The translations under genes and the position numbers were made by a program. Of a stretch of DNA of 64,000 nt, positions 8,590 through 18,073 are shown in pieces. The DNA comes from a virus. Lineage: Duplodnaviria > Heunggongvirae > Uroviricota > Caudoviricetes. The notes beneath the pieces were generated by a model. The model made no database searches, had not been told where the DNA came from, and was given only the letters and a program-made list of their open reading frames with translations. Position 1 is the first letter of the stretch; every line of letters starts with the position of its first letter. The DNA is taken from IMG/VR virus record IMGVR_UViG_2609460125_000009; one strand, 5' to 3'.

Positions 8590-8600
8590 GATTCCATTAA

Positions 8601-9251
8601 TTACGCTTTGAAAGCATCAGCTAAATAATTGTAGAAATCATTTTTAATGAAGCGATATTGCTGAGTACCAGCTTTCGCACTCCCAGCTCCTTTGACTTTT
8701 TCAACAAGTCCAAGACGTTCGCAAAGATTGATCAACTGGTTGGCTTGAGTATAGCCAGCGTCCAATTTAATTTCACACGCTTTTTTAGCTTCATTCATTA
8801 AATCGAAAACAGCGCCATTGGTGAACGTGTCGATCTCGTCGTTAATCATATCGATTAAAGCGAATACACGAGATCCTGACATATCAGCGATGGAATAAAC
8901 GCATTTACCAGATTTAATTGATTTAACCAGATAAACCAGTTTTTCCAGAGAATAACTATTAGTCATTGCATCACGGAAAAATACTTCTGGCGCTTGTTTG
9001 CTTGCTTTAATCGCATAGTAGAAAACAGAGCATAATTTTTCGTCTTCTACTGCGTTTACGACGTTGTTGATGAAGTAAGCAAGTTTAGTGGTCGCAGCTT
9101 GCATATTTGCTTTGTCTGCTTTAGTGTGCGTACCATTTTTATAATGTTCGTTATATGTTTGAGTTGCCAGATCTGCTTTTTCGCGCAGCTCGTCGGATAC
9201 AATAGATGCAGCTTCAATGATGGACTTTTTAGAAATGATAATGTTAGCCAT
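8601..9251 (-). CDS. hypothetical protein (216 aa), no recognisable motif
   Basis: First gene of an AT-rich operon; long AT-rich promoter region upstream (9252-9500). Confidence 0.5.
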   Translation of the reverse strand: MANIIISKKSIIEAASIVSDELREKADLATQTYNEHYKNGTHTKADKANMQAATTKLAYFINNVVNAVEDEKLCSVFYYAIKASKQAPEVFFRDAMTNSYSLEKLVYLVKSIKSGKCVYSIADMSGSRVFALIDMINDEIDTFTNGAVFDLMNEAKKACEIKLDAGYTQANQLINLCERLGLVEKVKGAGSAKAGTQQYRFIKNDFYNYLADAFKA

Positions 9252-9502
9252 GATAATTTTTCCTTATGTAAATTTAAAATTTATTGTCGTTAGCGTCTTC
9301 GCTTTCGACGAGTTCAATTATCGATACGCGAAAAAAGATTGCAAGTGTTTTTTTTAAATTTTTTGCAGGGATGAAAGTCCTAGAAATAAAAGCGAGATCG
9401 TCGAAGGTGTTCCCTAAATAAATAATCAATTCGGGCTTTTAACCTTATATATATTTAGGTTATTTGATTTGTAGATATAAAGAAGTGATGTGAAAAATAA
9501 TA

Positions 9503-9524
9503 ACCGGACTTAGCCGGTTATTAA
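9503..9524 (-). terminator. hairpin AATAACCGG…CCGGTTATT
   Basis: Stem-loop downstream of the 9535 gene. Confidence 0.45.
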
Positions 9525-9534
9525 CCTTATAGAT

Positions 9535-9843
9535 TTATTGAACAGACTCTACAGCCTTACGATTGGTGTCAAATAGCGCATCAACGAACTGTGCCGATGA
9601 CTCGCTAGATTCGCAATCCAACATTGCCCGTTCTTCATTTGCCACTTTCTTACACAGTTCCACATTCTCACCTATCGCTTTTCCTGCTTTTACGGCTGCC
9701 GAAAATTGATACATGCAAACTGATACATTCTGAGACGTTGAGCACACGTCATTCATCAGCGACTGAATGACAGGCTTATAGTCCATTGCATTTGCCGCAA
9801 CTGAGCAAAGTAAAAATAATGGTGGTAACAATATCGATTTCAT
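9535..9843 (-). CDS. secreted cysteine-rich small protein
   Basis: N-terminal hydrophobic signal-like segment (MKSILLPPLFLLCSVAANA); six Cys residues. Confidence 0.5.
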   Translation of the reverse strand: MKSILLPPLFLLCSVAANAMDYKPVIQSLMNDVCSTSQNVSVCMYQFSAAVKAGKAIGENVELCKKVANEERAMLDCESSESSAQFVDALFDTNRKAVESVQ

Positions 9844-9846
9844 AAC

Positions 9847-10371
9847 TCAAAAAGGCAAAATTCGTTCAACCCAATCGAACAAAACAACTATTTTTCTACC
9901 GTTCTCGACACGTAGTGTAACCTGACAAGCATCTGCGCCTGCTGACACCCCCTCAATTTCACGGCCATCCGCCATGTACACCCTTATAGATTTGTTTGCT
10001 TTGTAGGCTTGGTTGCAAATTGCAAAAAAATCGCGGCGTGATGGCCGATTATCGACATAATCAGGGTGAACTGTTAATCGACCTTTGAAATCGTGAGCGA
10101 TACTGTCAACCACACCTGATTCAATTGTACTAATGCGTTCAAGTGGGAGCCTTATACGATTTTCTTTGTCAAAAGGGGCTGGGCAAAGGTCAACTTTGTT
10201 GCGAGATGGCATGAGGCCATAAACGTACATGCAAAACGCCTGACCATCTTCGAGAGTGACCCTTACAGGAATTTGTTCTCTGCGCCAGAACATCAGTAGT
10301 TTTTCAACGTTAGTGTAATCTCGCGGCAAGAGTTCAGCTTGGATACCGTAGGTAATATCTTTGGTTGTCAT
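9847..10371 (-). CDS. hypothetical protein
   Basis: Start moved to the internal ATG (MTTKDITYG…) to avoid overlap with the upstream lipoprotein gene. Confidence 0.4.
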   Translation of the reverse strand: MTTKDITYGIQAELLPRDYTNVEKLLMFWRREQIPVRVTLEDGQAFCMYVYGLMPSRNKVDLCPAPFDKENRIRLPLERISTIESGVVDSIAHDFKGRLTVHPDYVDNRPSRRDFFAICNQAYKANKSIRVYMADGREIEGVSAGADACQVTLRVENGRKIVVLFDWVERILPF

Positions 10372-10375
10372 GTCA

Positions 10376-10798
10376 TCACAGAGTTGTTGGCAGAATGTCG
10401 ATGTTACCAGAATTGCTGGTGAACACCCTGAACGCTTTTGTGTCTCCATTCTTCAGAGTCGTTTCTCGCTCTTGACGAGCGGGGTTTAGAGCACATAAAC
10501 CTGCACCTTCAAGAGATGCACCCACAATTAATTCTCCGGCATTTAAATGGAAAGTCGCTTTTTCGCCTGTAGCCAGTTTTGCGACAGTTTCGCCATTGAT
10601 GAAAATGGAAGCATCACATCCAGCTCCTACAAAACCTGTGTCTCTCATTACCACCAACGTAGCTGGCGCTGCGCTTTGATACTTGAACACTTTGGCCTGC
10701 GGTGCTGGTTTGGCGTCATGGATTGATATTGGACGTGATTGGCACGCGGTAAGCATCAACACTGGTAACGTTAGTAGAGGGAGAAGCGAGTATTTCAT
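10376..10798 (-). CDS. putative lipoprotein
   Basis: Signal peptide with lipobox (…VLMLTAC); start at MKYSLL. Confidence 0.5.
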   Translation of the reverse strand: MKYSLLPLLTLPVLMLTACQSRPISIHDAKPAPQAKVFKYQSAAPATLVVMRDTGFVGAGCDASIFINGETVAKLATGEKATFHLNAGELIVGASLEGAGLCALNPARQERETTLKNGDTKAFRVFTSNSGNIDILPTTL

Positions 10799-10866
10799 GT
10801 TAGTTTTAGAACAGAAAGTGAACAGTATGGGAGACTTCATCTTTGTCTCCCTAATTGATAGCGTGA

Positions 10867-11145
10867 TTATTTTAATCTGCTTAATAGCGTTTCGAGATCT
10901 TCCTTTGTCATATTAGAGTTCTCATAGATACGCATGATTTTCTCACGAGTCTTAGCGGAAGCCCCGACAGAAGATATAACCTTGTCAAAGTCGGCCATTG
11001 TCAATTGTTCCAGAATGGTATTAATGACTTCAGCCTTAGACATTTTGATATTTTTTTCTTTTAGTTTCACTTGAAACTTTCCAAGTTTGTCATTGGCCTT
11101 ATCAGACAATGCTACCTGACAGTAAGTTGTTTTCTTTTCACTCAT
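10867..11145 (-). CDS. hypothetical small protein (92 aa)
   Basis: ORF immediately downstream of the helicase gene. Confidence 0.4.
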   Translation of the reverse strand: MSEKKTTYCQVALSDKANDKLGKFQVKLKEKNIKMSKAEVINTILEQLTMADFDKVISSVGASAKTREKIMRIYENSNMTKEDLETLLSRLK

Positions 11146-11147
11146 AA

Positions 11148-12707
11148 CTAATCTCGTTTCAGAACTCCAAAATCGAATGCTCCATCAATAGGCAATACAC
11201 CTTCTGCAAAGCCAGGTGTGGTGTCGATGATGTGTTTTCGCTCATAAGAGTGAGACAACAGGTATTTGTTGCTAATGTCAATGAAATCAGTGATAAAACA
11301 CACGTTTGCCTGATTTTTTTTGGCTCGTAAGCCACGACCGACACGTTGTCTCATTTCAACTTCTGCTTTCCCACCACCAGCAAGAATGACCGCACCAACG
11401 CTTGGCACATCAACACCAACATCCAGAATAGTCGAGCCTATTAAAACATCTATTTCACCAGACGCTAAACTGTTCAGCTTTGCTTGCCTTGTCGTCTGGT
11501 TAGATTCCCCATAGATGAAATCAACTCTAAGACCTGACTCCTTCATCATCTCCATCAGGATTTGCCCGTGGCGTTTAAGACGAACCAGAGTCATGCAGTT
11601 GAGTGAATGTTGCTTATAAAGCAATGCCTCGCGCACTATGGCCTCGTTACGTCCCAAATTATACACGATCCCCAACTGATAAGCCTTTTGGTAGGCGGTG
11701 CTCATACCAACTCTAAAATTGAGATGTTTGTTGGCAAGTTCGGCCTTGATTCTGGCCTCGTCTGGCTTGTAGGCAACTTTATGATAAAGGAAGTACGGCT
11801 TTGCCAGAATGCCTCGATCAATCAGGTACTTTTCTGTGACTTTAATTTCAATTCGCCCGGCCACCGCCATCAGGCGCATGTTGGCTTCCGTCGAATCCTT
11901 CATGAACGGCGTGGCTGTAAGCGCCAGACGATAGTCTGCGTTCACACATAATCTGGCGATGTCATAGAAATTTGAGCCTGAAGACTCATGCGCCTCTTCC
12001 AGAATAAGAAGAGAGACACTTGAAAGGAAGCGTTTCACCAACTCCCGACGTTTGAGGTGGTAGCTTTTCTTATCTGGTGTTGCATCGCGTGGTGGTTCTT
12101 CGAGGAAACTTGCAAGAGTTTGAACTGTAGCGACGTTGATATGTCGTGATACCTGGAACTCACCCGAGCCAATGACTCCAACCTTTTGGTCTTTTAACCA
12201 CGGTTCGCCATTTTTGGCGCGGTAGTCGATGGATCTCTGGAAGTTTTCGGCCATTTGAAACATCAGAACAGAGCGGGTTGTTAAAAATAATGTCATTCGA
12301 CCGATACGTGCAGCTGCTTTGCAGGCAACATTAGATTTCCCGCCACCAGTAGCGATCTGCGCAATCATCATTCCCTCTCGAACCAGTGTTTCCACAGTCT
12401 GATCCTGATACGCATAATCAGGATTGTATGGGAATGGGTTAACCGCCGGATTTGGTTTACCAAGCGCCGGGGCTTTGTCTTTGCGGATATGAACACATTT
12501 GATGCCCGCCTTGTTCAAGTTCGCCGCTACAGGCTTGGCAAAGCCAGCAGGGAACGAGTTTTTACTCCAGTTGAACATCGTGCTTGTGCCCTTCCAGTCG
12601 CCAGTCTCGACTTCGTAGCTCAACATTTGCTGCACCAGTTGCTTTACCTTGTCATCTGCGCCAGAAATAAGCGCATTTACTGCGTTAGATACAATCCGAA
12701 CAGTCAT
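11148..12707 (-). CDS. superfamily-2 DEAD/DEAH-box helicase
   Basis: Motif I ATGGGKS, motif II LILEEAHE, motif III TATP, motif VI QRVGRGLR. Confidence 0.75.
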   Translation of the reverse strand: MTVRIVSNAVNALISGADDKVKQLVQQMLSYEVETGDWKGTSTMFNWSKNSFPAGFAKPVAANLNKAGIKCVHIRKDKAPALGKPNPAVNPFPYNPDYAYQDQTVETLVREGMMIAQIATGGGKSNVACKAAARIGRMTLFLTTRSVLMFQMAENFQRSIDYRAKNGEPWLKDQKVGVIGSGEFQVSRHINVATVQTLASFLEEPPRDATPDKKSYHLKRRELVKRFLSSVSLLILEEAHESSGSNFYDIARLCVNADYRLALTATPFMKDSTEANMRLMAVAGRIEIKVTEKYLIDRGILAKPYFLYHKVAYKPDEARIKAELANKHLNFRVGMSTAYQKAYQLGIVYNLGRNEAIVREALLYKQHSLNCMTLVRLKRHGQILMEMMKESGLRVDFIYGESNQTTRQAKLNSLASGEIDVLIGSTILDVGVDVPSVGAVILAGGGKAEVEMRQRVGRGLRAKKNQANVCFITDFIDISNKYLLSHSYERKHIIDTTPGFAEGVLPIDGAFDFGVLKRD

Positions 12708-12752
12708 AAACCTCTTTCCTTAGTGCCTTTTGTATGTTATTTGGCTATTATA

Positions 12753-12772
12753 ATAAGTAAGTGATTACTTAG
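12753..12772. promoter_or_regulatory. motif family 2 palindrome ATAAGTAAGTGATTACTTAG in a divergent promoter region
   Basis: Inverted repeat between the helicase operon (-) and the ParB-like operon (+). Confidence 0.45.
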
Positions 12773-12789
12773 TGGATTGTAGCAATAAA

Positions 12790-13470
12790 ATGGATGTAAA
12801 AATCACGATTTTGCAGGTTGATGTTGCCAACCTTCGCCCGAATACCTGGAACACCAATTCGGTTGGTGCGCAGAATTTTGAAAAACTGAAAGGTTCTATC
12901 GAAAAATTGGGCTTTTTTAAGCCAATTTTGGCTCGTGAACTTGAAGATGGATTTTTTGAAATCCTCGGCGGCGAACATCGCTGGCGTGCTGCTATTGAGC
13001 AAGGAATTTCAACGGTTCCGGTGCTTTCTGTGGGCAAAATTAGCGATGTCGTAGCTAAACAGATGTCACTGGTGGACAACGAGCGATACGGTGAAGACGA
13101 CCAAATCGCATTGCAACGCTTCATTGAAGAAATTCAGTCAGAACTTGACTATCAACTGTCTGAAATCGCCCCGTATGACGACGAAATCTCGATGGTTTTA
13201 GCAAAAGAGGCGGCAATCGACCTTGAAGCACTGGAGGCGTTGTCTCGTGGTAGTGATGAGCCTGTCGATACCGACAAACGAGAGAAAACCGAACGTGTGG
13301 GTGCGGAACATCAGACCATGCGCTTCAAAGTAACTTTCGATGCGTCAGATCGTGTTGCAGAAACCATAAAAAACATCATCAAAGAGCAGGCTATTAACAC
13401 CGGTAATGAAATGGAGAACGCTGGTGAGGCTCTGGTGTGGCTGGTCGACTACTACAAGGAGCGTATGTAA
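12790..13470 (+). CDS. ParB/Srx-fold nuclease-like domain protein 1
   Basis: ParB N-terminal-like motif (…FEILGGEHRWRAA…); start could be 12772. Confidence 0.6.
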   Translation: MDVKITILQVDVANLRPNTWNTNSVGAQNFEKLKGSIEKLGFFKPILARELEDGFFEILGGEHRWRAAIEQGISTVPVLSVGKISDVVAKQMSLVDNERYGEDDQIALQRFIEEIQSELDYQLSEIAPYDDEISMVLAKEAAIDLEALEALSRGSDEPVDTDKREKTERVGAEHQTMRFKVTFDASDRVAETIKNIIKEQAINTGNEMENAGEALVWLVDYYKERM

Positions 13471-14138
13471 TGACCAAAAAGTTTGAAATCGTATATCGCG
13501 ACCCGGCAGATCTTATTCCCTATGAGATGAATGCCAAAAAGCATGATGAACAGCAGATCCGAGATCTGGCCGCAGCCATTAAAAAGCGCGGATTTGACCA
13601 GCCAATTACGGTCGATAAGAACGACGTAATTATTACTGGCCACGGCCGCCGTGAGGCTGCAATTTTTGCTGGACTTGAGCGCGTACCGGTTATTGTTCGC
13701 GATGATCTCAGTGATGACGAGGTTCGTGCGAAGCGCCTTGAAGATAACCGACTTGCCAGCATTGATTACGATGCAATTAAGCTACAGAAAGAGCTTGAGT
13801 CGCTTGTTCTGGACGATATCGAGGTTTTCGGCTTTGAAGAGCGTGAGTTGAATGTTCTCGTTGGCAGCATGACAGAAGAAATGGACACCGACTCGCTAGT
13901 TATCGATCTTGGCGAAGAAACTAAACGACAGAAGGATGAACACACCGAGATCAGTCGTGAAGTTGCAGCGGAAGAAGTACGTGTTGTCGACGTATTGGGC
14001 TTTAAAACGCTTCCTGCTGGCTCTGCCATTGTTGTTGGTGATTTGCTTGCCCACATGGAAGAAATGACGGGAGAAAGCGGGGTAGACGCATTTGTGGCAT
14101 ATGCGGAGAAGATCTCTTCCGGGGAGATGGCTGCATGA
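13470..14138 (+). CDS. ParB/Srx-fold nuclease-like domain protein 2
   Basis: ParB-like motif (…VIITGHGRREAA…); start overlaps the upstream stop (TAATG). Confidence 0.6.
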   Translation: MTKKFEIVYRDPADLIPYEMNAKKHDEQQIRDLAAAIKKRGFDQPITVDKNDVIITGHGRREAAIFAGLERVPVIVRDDLSDDEVRAKRLEDNRLASIDYDAIKLQKELESLVLDDIEVFGFEERELNVLVGSMTEEMDTDSLVIDLGEETKRQKDEHTEISREVAAEEVRVVDVLGFKTLPAGSAIVVGDLLAHMEEMTGESGVDAFVAYAEKISSGEMAA

Positions 14139-14800
14139 GCAAATACATCATCAACGTATCGTTTCAGACTCGCGTAAATAAAACCACGCGCACGTTGGAA
14201 ATCGCTGAGTCGTTCGGGCTTGGCCTGGACGAAAAAGAGTGGACGCTTTACGACAATCTGGAGCTGGAAGTGAAGCAGGGCGATGTGGTGTACATCACCG
14301 GCCAATCCGGTTCCGGCAAATCCGTTGTGCTGCGCGAGTTGCAACGACAGATGAAGGATGAAGGGCTGTCTGTAGCCTCCATCGATGATTTTACCTTCGA
14401 TAATGAGGTTAACGTCATCGATCAGTTGGGCAAAACGACCAGCGATGCGCTTGGGTTGTTATCTATGGCTGGTCTGAACGATGCATATCTGTTTGTTCGC
14501 AAGCCTTCTGAAATGTCAGACGGTCAGAAATATCGTCTCAAGATTGCCAAATTGATTGAGTCAGGCGCTAAAGTGTGGGCTGCTGACGAGTTCGGTGCTG
14601 TTCTAGACCGTGTAACCGCTCAGGTTGTGGCATCTAACCTCCAGCGTGCCGCTCGAAAGGTTGGTGCGACGGTAATGGTGGCGACGACTCACGAAGACCT
14701 GAAGAACGCGCTGCGCCCGGATATGCAGATCACCAAGCACTACAAAGAACGCGTGAAGGTGGAATATCACAATGGTAGTCATGATGAGGTTCATTTATGA
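14135..14800 (+). CDS. stand-alone ABC-type ATPase domain protein
   Basis: Walker A GQSGSGKS, ABC-signature-like MSDGQKYRL, Walker B AADEFG; start overlaps the upstream stop. Confidence 0.6.
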   Translation: MSKYIINVSFQTRVNKTTRTLEIAESFGLGLDEKEWTLYDNLELEVKQGDVVYITGQSGSGKSVVLRELQRQMKDEGLSVASIDDFTFDNEVNVIDQLGKTTSDALGLLSMAGLNDAYLFVRKPSEMSDGQKYRLKIAKLIESGAKVWAADEFGAVLDRVTAQVVASNLQRAARKVGATVMVATTHEDLKNALRPDMQITKHYKERVKVEYHNGSHDEVHL

Positions 14801-15687
14801 CGGACATCATCATTAAACGCTACCGCCCTGAAGAGTTTCCGCGTCATCTGGACTTTCTGGAGCGAATGACTGTCACAAAGGGAACTGTAGAGGACTGGCA
14901 CGCTCTTAAGTCGCTTCACTACAAAACAGACGGCAAACCTTTCGCGCCAACTTACTATCGCTGCGAACTTGATGACCGTCTGGTGGGCGTCGTGGTTATG
15001 GCTTACCCGAAACTACTGCTGGCACCTCGCCACCGCATGTTTCCTAAGTTGAAACCAACCACTAATACCACCGTGGCTAACCAGTACTGGGGTCGGTACG
15101 TGAATAACAACTTTGCGGTGATCAGTCGCTCAGTTGTGGATACTCAGTATCGTGGCGTAGGCGTCTCTTATCGAATGATTAACCTGGTTAGCAGGATGCA
15201 TGACCGGCCAATCATTGAGATCCAGTCCTCGATGAGCAAATACAATCCCTTCGCCATGAAAGCAGGGTTTAAGTTCATCCGCCCTGAGCGACCGAAGAGC
15301 TATGAAAGTGCACTGCGTGTATTCCAGCGCCATTTCCGTTCCGACCCGGGTGATAACGAGGCGATCGTCAAAGAGTTGTTCGCAATGAGCGAGTCTCGTC
15401 GTCGCCGTGCACTGCGTGATCTGGTGGCGGACTACCACAAGAACAGTTCCCTGGCAAAAGCTGGGCGGAATCGTGGCACGACGATTCAGGACATTGCCGA
15501 CAGTCTGGTGGACGAGGCCAGCATTGTGAAGCTGCTCAAGGACATTCACAACCTGAGCTTTACGTCTCCGTTGTATGGTGTGTACCGAAACCCTGACTTT
15601 GGCCGTCGACTGCCTGACACGCTGCCACTGCTGGCATTCGACAAACAACCTTTGGATAAACCGTTAGAAATTGCTTTACCGGCATAA
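14797..15687 (+). CDS. hypothetical protein with GNAT-like acyl-CoA binding motif
   Basis: Q-x-x-G-x-G motif (VVDTQYRGVGVSYRMINLV) after a hydrophobic strand; translationally coupled to the ATPase gene. Confidence 0.45.
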   Translation: MTDIIIKRYRPEEFPRHLDFLERMTVTKGTVEDWHALKSLHYKTDGKPFAPTYYRCELDDRLVGVVVMAYPKLLLAPRHRMFPKLKPTTNTTVANQYWGRYVNNNFAVISRSVVDTQYRGVGVSYRMINLVSRMHDRPIIEIQSSMSKYNPFAMKAGFKFIRPERPKSYESALRVFQRHFRSDPGDNEAIVKELFAMSESRRRRALRDLVADYHKNSSLAKAGRNRGTTIQDIADSLVDEASIVKLLKDIHNLSFTSPLYGVYRNPDFGRRLPDTLPLLAFDKQPLDKPLEIALPA

Positions 15688-15696
15688 GGATTTGCC

Positions 15697-15963
15697 ATGA
15701 CGTTAACCGATAAACAAAAGGACATCATCAAAACGCTCAATCTCGGTTATGAGCGAGGTCATCTACTTGACCTGGACGAATTGCTTGAAGTTTTGCCGTA
15801 CAAGACAACTAAGCAAAGTATCCAGTTCTCAATTCGCGCTCTGATAAAAAAGGGGCTGGTGGAGAAAGGGCATACGCGCCAACGCAGTGACAATCGCTAT
15901 CACCGCCGAACTCTTGGGTTAACCACTTTAGGTCGAGCCAAAGCGAAGTTACTGGTGATGTAA
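15697..15963 (+). CDS. small DNA-binding protein (winged-helix-like)
   Basis: 88-aa basic ORF; HTH call is by pattern only. Confidence 0.4.
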   Translation: MTLTDKQKDIIKTLNLGYERGHLLDLDELLEVLPYKTTKQSIQFSIRALIKKGLVEKGHTRQRSDNRYHRRTLGLTTLGRAKAKLLVM

Positions 15964-15987
15964 TCGGTCTGGGAGCTTATTTAAAGA

Positions 15988-16042
15988 CCTGCTTCTGTAT
16001 ATATAAATAATAAGTAACTTATTAAATATATACGGAAGCAGG
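15988..16042. repeat. 55-bp hairpin element, copy 1 (CCTGCTTCTGTATATATAAATAATAAGTAACTTATTAAATATATACGGAAGCAGG)
   Basis: Imperfect palindrome with a motif-family-2-like centre; identical copy at 48434-48488. Confidence 0.7.
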
Positions 16043-16104
16043 CTTCGTAAGACATGCCAGACCTAATTAAACACCCCAGAAAACAAGTTGGTTAGCAGAT
16101 GCAG

Positions 16105-16119
16105 TAAACAAGTTGTTTT
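16105..16119. promoter_or_regulatory. motif family 1 site TAAACAAGTTGTTTT (degenerate second copy at 16078-16093)
   Basis: Upstream of the terminase small subunit gene; followed by a GAGCGC…GCGCTC hairpin. Confidence 0.5.
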
Positions 16120-16158
16120 AGAGCGCATGGACGCGCTCTGTGTGTTTTAGAGGGATCT

Positions 16159-16791
16159 ATGACGGTCGAAAAAGACGAGGTAAAAACTCGCCTGACACCA
16201 GCGGAGTGGGCCGAAGCTGAAGCCAAATGGACGTCAGGCGAATATACACTCTCAAAGCTGGAGGAAGAGTACGGCATTCGTCGTGAAACACTCTCCAGAC
16301 ATTTCAAAAAGCGAGGATTAGAGAAAGGCGCGGACTCTGTTGGGAAGATGGTTCGTGAGTCTCTTAAATCTGACGCAGAGCTTCGCGCTAAAGCCCGTGC
16401 GGAAAAGATAGAAGAACGTCGTACACGTTATGACGGCTGGGCGTATGCGTTGGGGCAGATGGTGATGGTCGAAGTCACTACGGCCAAACGTGAGGGTAAG
16501 CCTTTAGGGGCGATTGAGGATTCTCTCAAGAGCTTACAGAGAGCCAGTAATACCCTTGCAAAATGCTTTGAAGTTTCGTCCAAAGCATTGGGCATGGATC
16601 ATGCGGAAAATGACGAGGAAGAAATTCCGAACCTGGTATTTGGTGAGCTTACGCCTTCCCAGGTGGCGAAATTACGTCAGGAAGACGACGAGCCTGAAAT
16701 CATCGATGACGAATTGCTTGAGACGTTGGAAGAAGAAGCTCTAAGCGAATTTGATGCGACAGATGATGGAAGTGAAGGGGAGGACGAATAA
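16159..16791 (+). CDS. terminase small subunit (putative)
   Basis: Position immediately upstream of terminase large subunit; acidic C-terminus. Confidence 0.55.
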   Translation: MTVEKDEVKTRLTPAEWAEAEAKWTSGEYTLSKLEEEYGIRRETLSRHFKKRGLEKGADSVGKMVRESLKSDAELRAKARAEKIEERRTRYDGWAYALGQMVMVEVTTAKREGKPLGAIEDSLKSLQRASNTLAKCFEVSSKALGMDHAENDEEEIPNLVFGELTPSQVAKLRQEDDEPEIIDDELLETLEEEALSEFDATDDGSEGEDE

Positions 16792-18047
16792 TGGCAATCC
16801 CGTCCTCGCTCAGTCTTGTGCAACTGCATTCTGGACAGATGAAAGTCTTCCAGTCTCCGCATCGATTTAAAGTTGTTTGTGCTGGTCGACGCTGGGGAAA
16901 ATCCCGGTTGTCGATCTCCACTATTATTCGTGCGGCGGCAAAGGAAAAAAAGCAAAGGGTCTGGTATGTCGCTCCTACTTACCAGATGGCTCGCCAGATT
17001 TTGTGGGACGATCTACAGGAAGTTCTGCCTCGTAAGTGGGTTAGGAAAAAGAACGACACCACGATGACAATCGTGTTGAAGAACGGTTCGGAGATCGCCC
17101 TCAAAGGTGCTGATAAGCCTGACACTCTGCGCGGCGTAGCGTTGCATTTTGTAGTGCTTGATGAATTTCAGGATATGAAGGCTGACACTTGGTACAAGGT
17201 GTTACGACCTACTCTTTCATCGACACGCGGCGGTGCACTGATCATTGGTACGCCAAAAGGCTTCTCGGAATTTCACAAACTGTGGACTATAGGCCAGAAC
17301 GTAGAGCTGCAAAGAAAGGGACAGTGGAAGAGCTGGCAGTTTGTAACTGCCGATTCTCCGTTTGTACCTACGGCGGAAATTGAAGCTGCTAAGAACGATA
17401 TGGACCCCAAATCGTTCGCTCAGGAGTACCTGGCCAGCTTTGAGAACATGTCCGGGCGCGTTTACTACCCGTTCGATCGTAACGTGCATGTAAAACCGCT
17501 TCAGTTCAACCCTCGGTTACCTATATGGGTAGGGCAGGACTTCAACATTGACCCGATGTCTTCCGTAATTTTGCAACCTCAGCCAAATGGTGAGCTATGG
17601 GCAATTGATGAATTGGTGCTCTTTTCCTCTAACACGGCAGAGGTTTGTGATGAGCTTGAGAGACGCTTCTGGCGCTGGAAATCACAGATAACGATATTTC
17701 CAGATCCGGCAGGTGCTTATCGCCAACATGCTCGCGGGGAGTCTGACGTCGACATATTCAAAGAGAAGGGATTCTTACGTGTCGATTATTCGAAAAAGCA
17801 CCCGCCAATTGCGGATCGTGTTAATGCTGTTAACCGAATGCTGATGACCGCATCTGGAGATATCCGGCTGTATATCGATCCGAAGTGCAAGCATTTGATT
17901 GATTCACTGGAAAAAGTCATCTACAAGCCTGGAACACGAGATATGGATAAGACAGGTGGCATTGAGCATAGTGCAGACGCATTGGGCTATCCAGTACATC
18001 GTAGGTATCCAGTCAAAAACCGTGTTATTCTTGGTGGTTCTCGATAG
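16791..18047 (+). CDS. terminase large subunit
   Basis: Walker A-like VCAGRRWGKS, Walker B VVLDEF; gene order. Confidence 0.8.
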   Translation: MAIPSSLSLVQLHSGQMKVFQSPHRFKVVCAGRRWGKSRLSISTIIRAAAKEKKQRVWYVAPTYQMARQILWDDLQEVLPRKWVRKKNDTTMTIVLKNGSEIALKGADKPDTLRGVALHFVVLDEFQDMKADTWYKVLRPTLSSTRGGALIIGTPKGFSEFHKLWTIGQNVELQRKGQWKSWQFVTADSPFVPTAEIEAAKNDMDPKSFAQEYLASFENMSGRVYYPFDRNVHVKPLQFNPRLPIWVGQDFNIDPMSSVILQPQPNGELWAIDELVLFSSNTAEVCDELERRFWRWKSQITIFPDPAGAYRQHARGESDVDIFKEKGFLRVDYSKKHPPIADRVNAVNRMLMTASGDIRLYIDPKCKHLIDSLEKVIYKPGTRDMDKTGGIEHSADALGYPVHRRYPVKNRVILGGSR

Positions 18048-18073
18048 GTAAGTAATTATCTAAGGTTATTCAA

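Noticed and set aside
9847-10449. Using the full 200-aa track ORF, and a possible tandem Rof-like beta-barrel assignment for it
   Set aside because: The long form overlaps the upstream lipoprotein gene by about 70 nt, so the internal start was preferred. The fold idea rests on weak pattern resemblance only.
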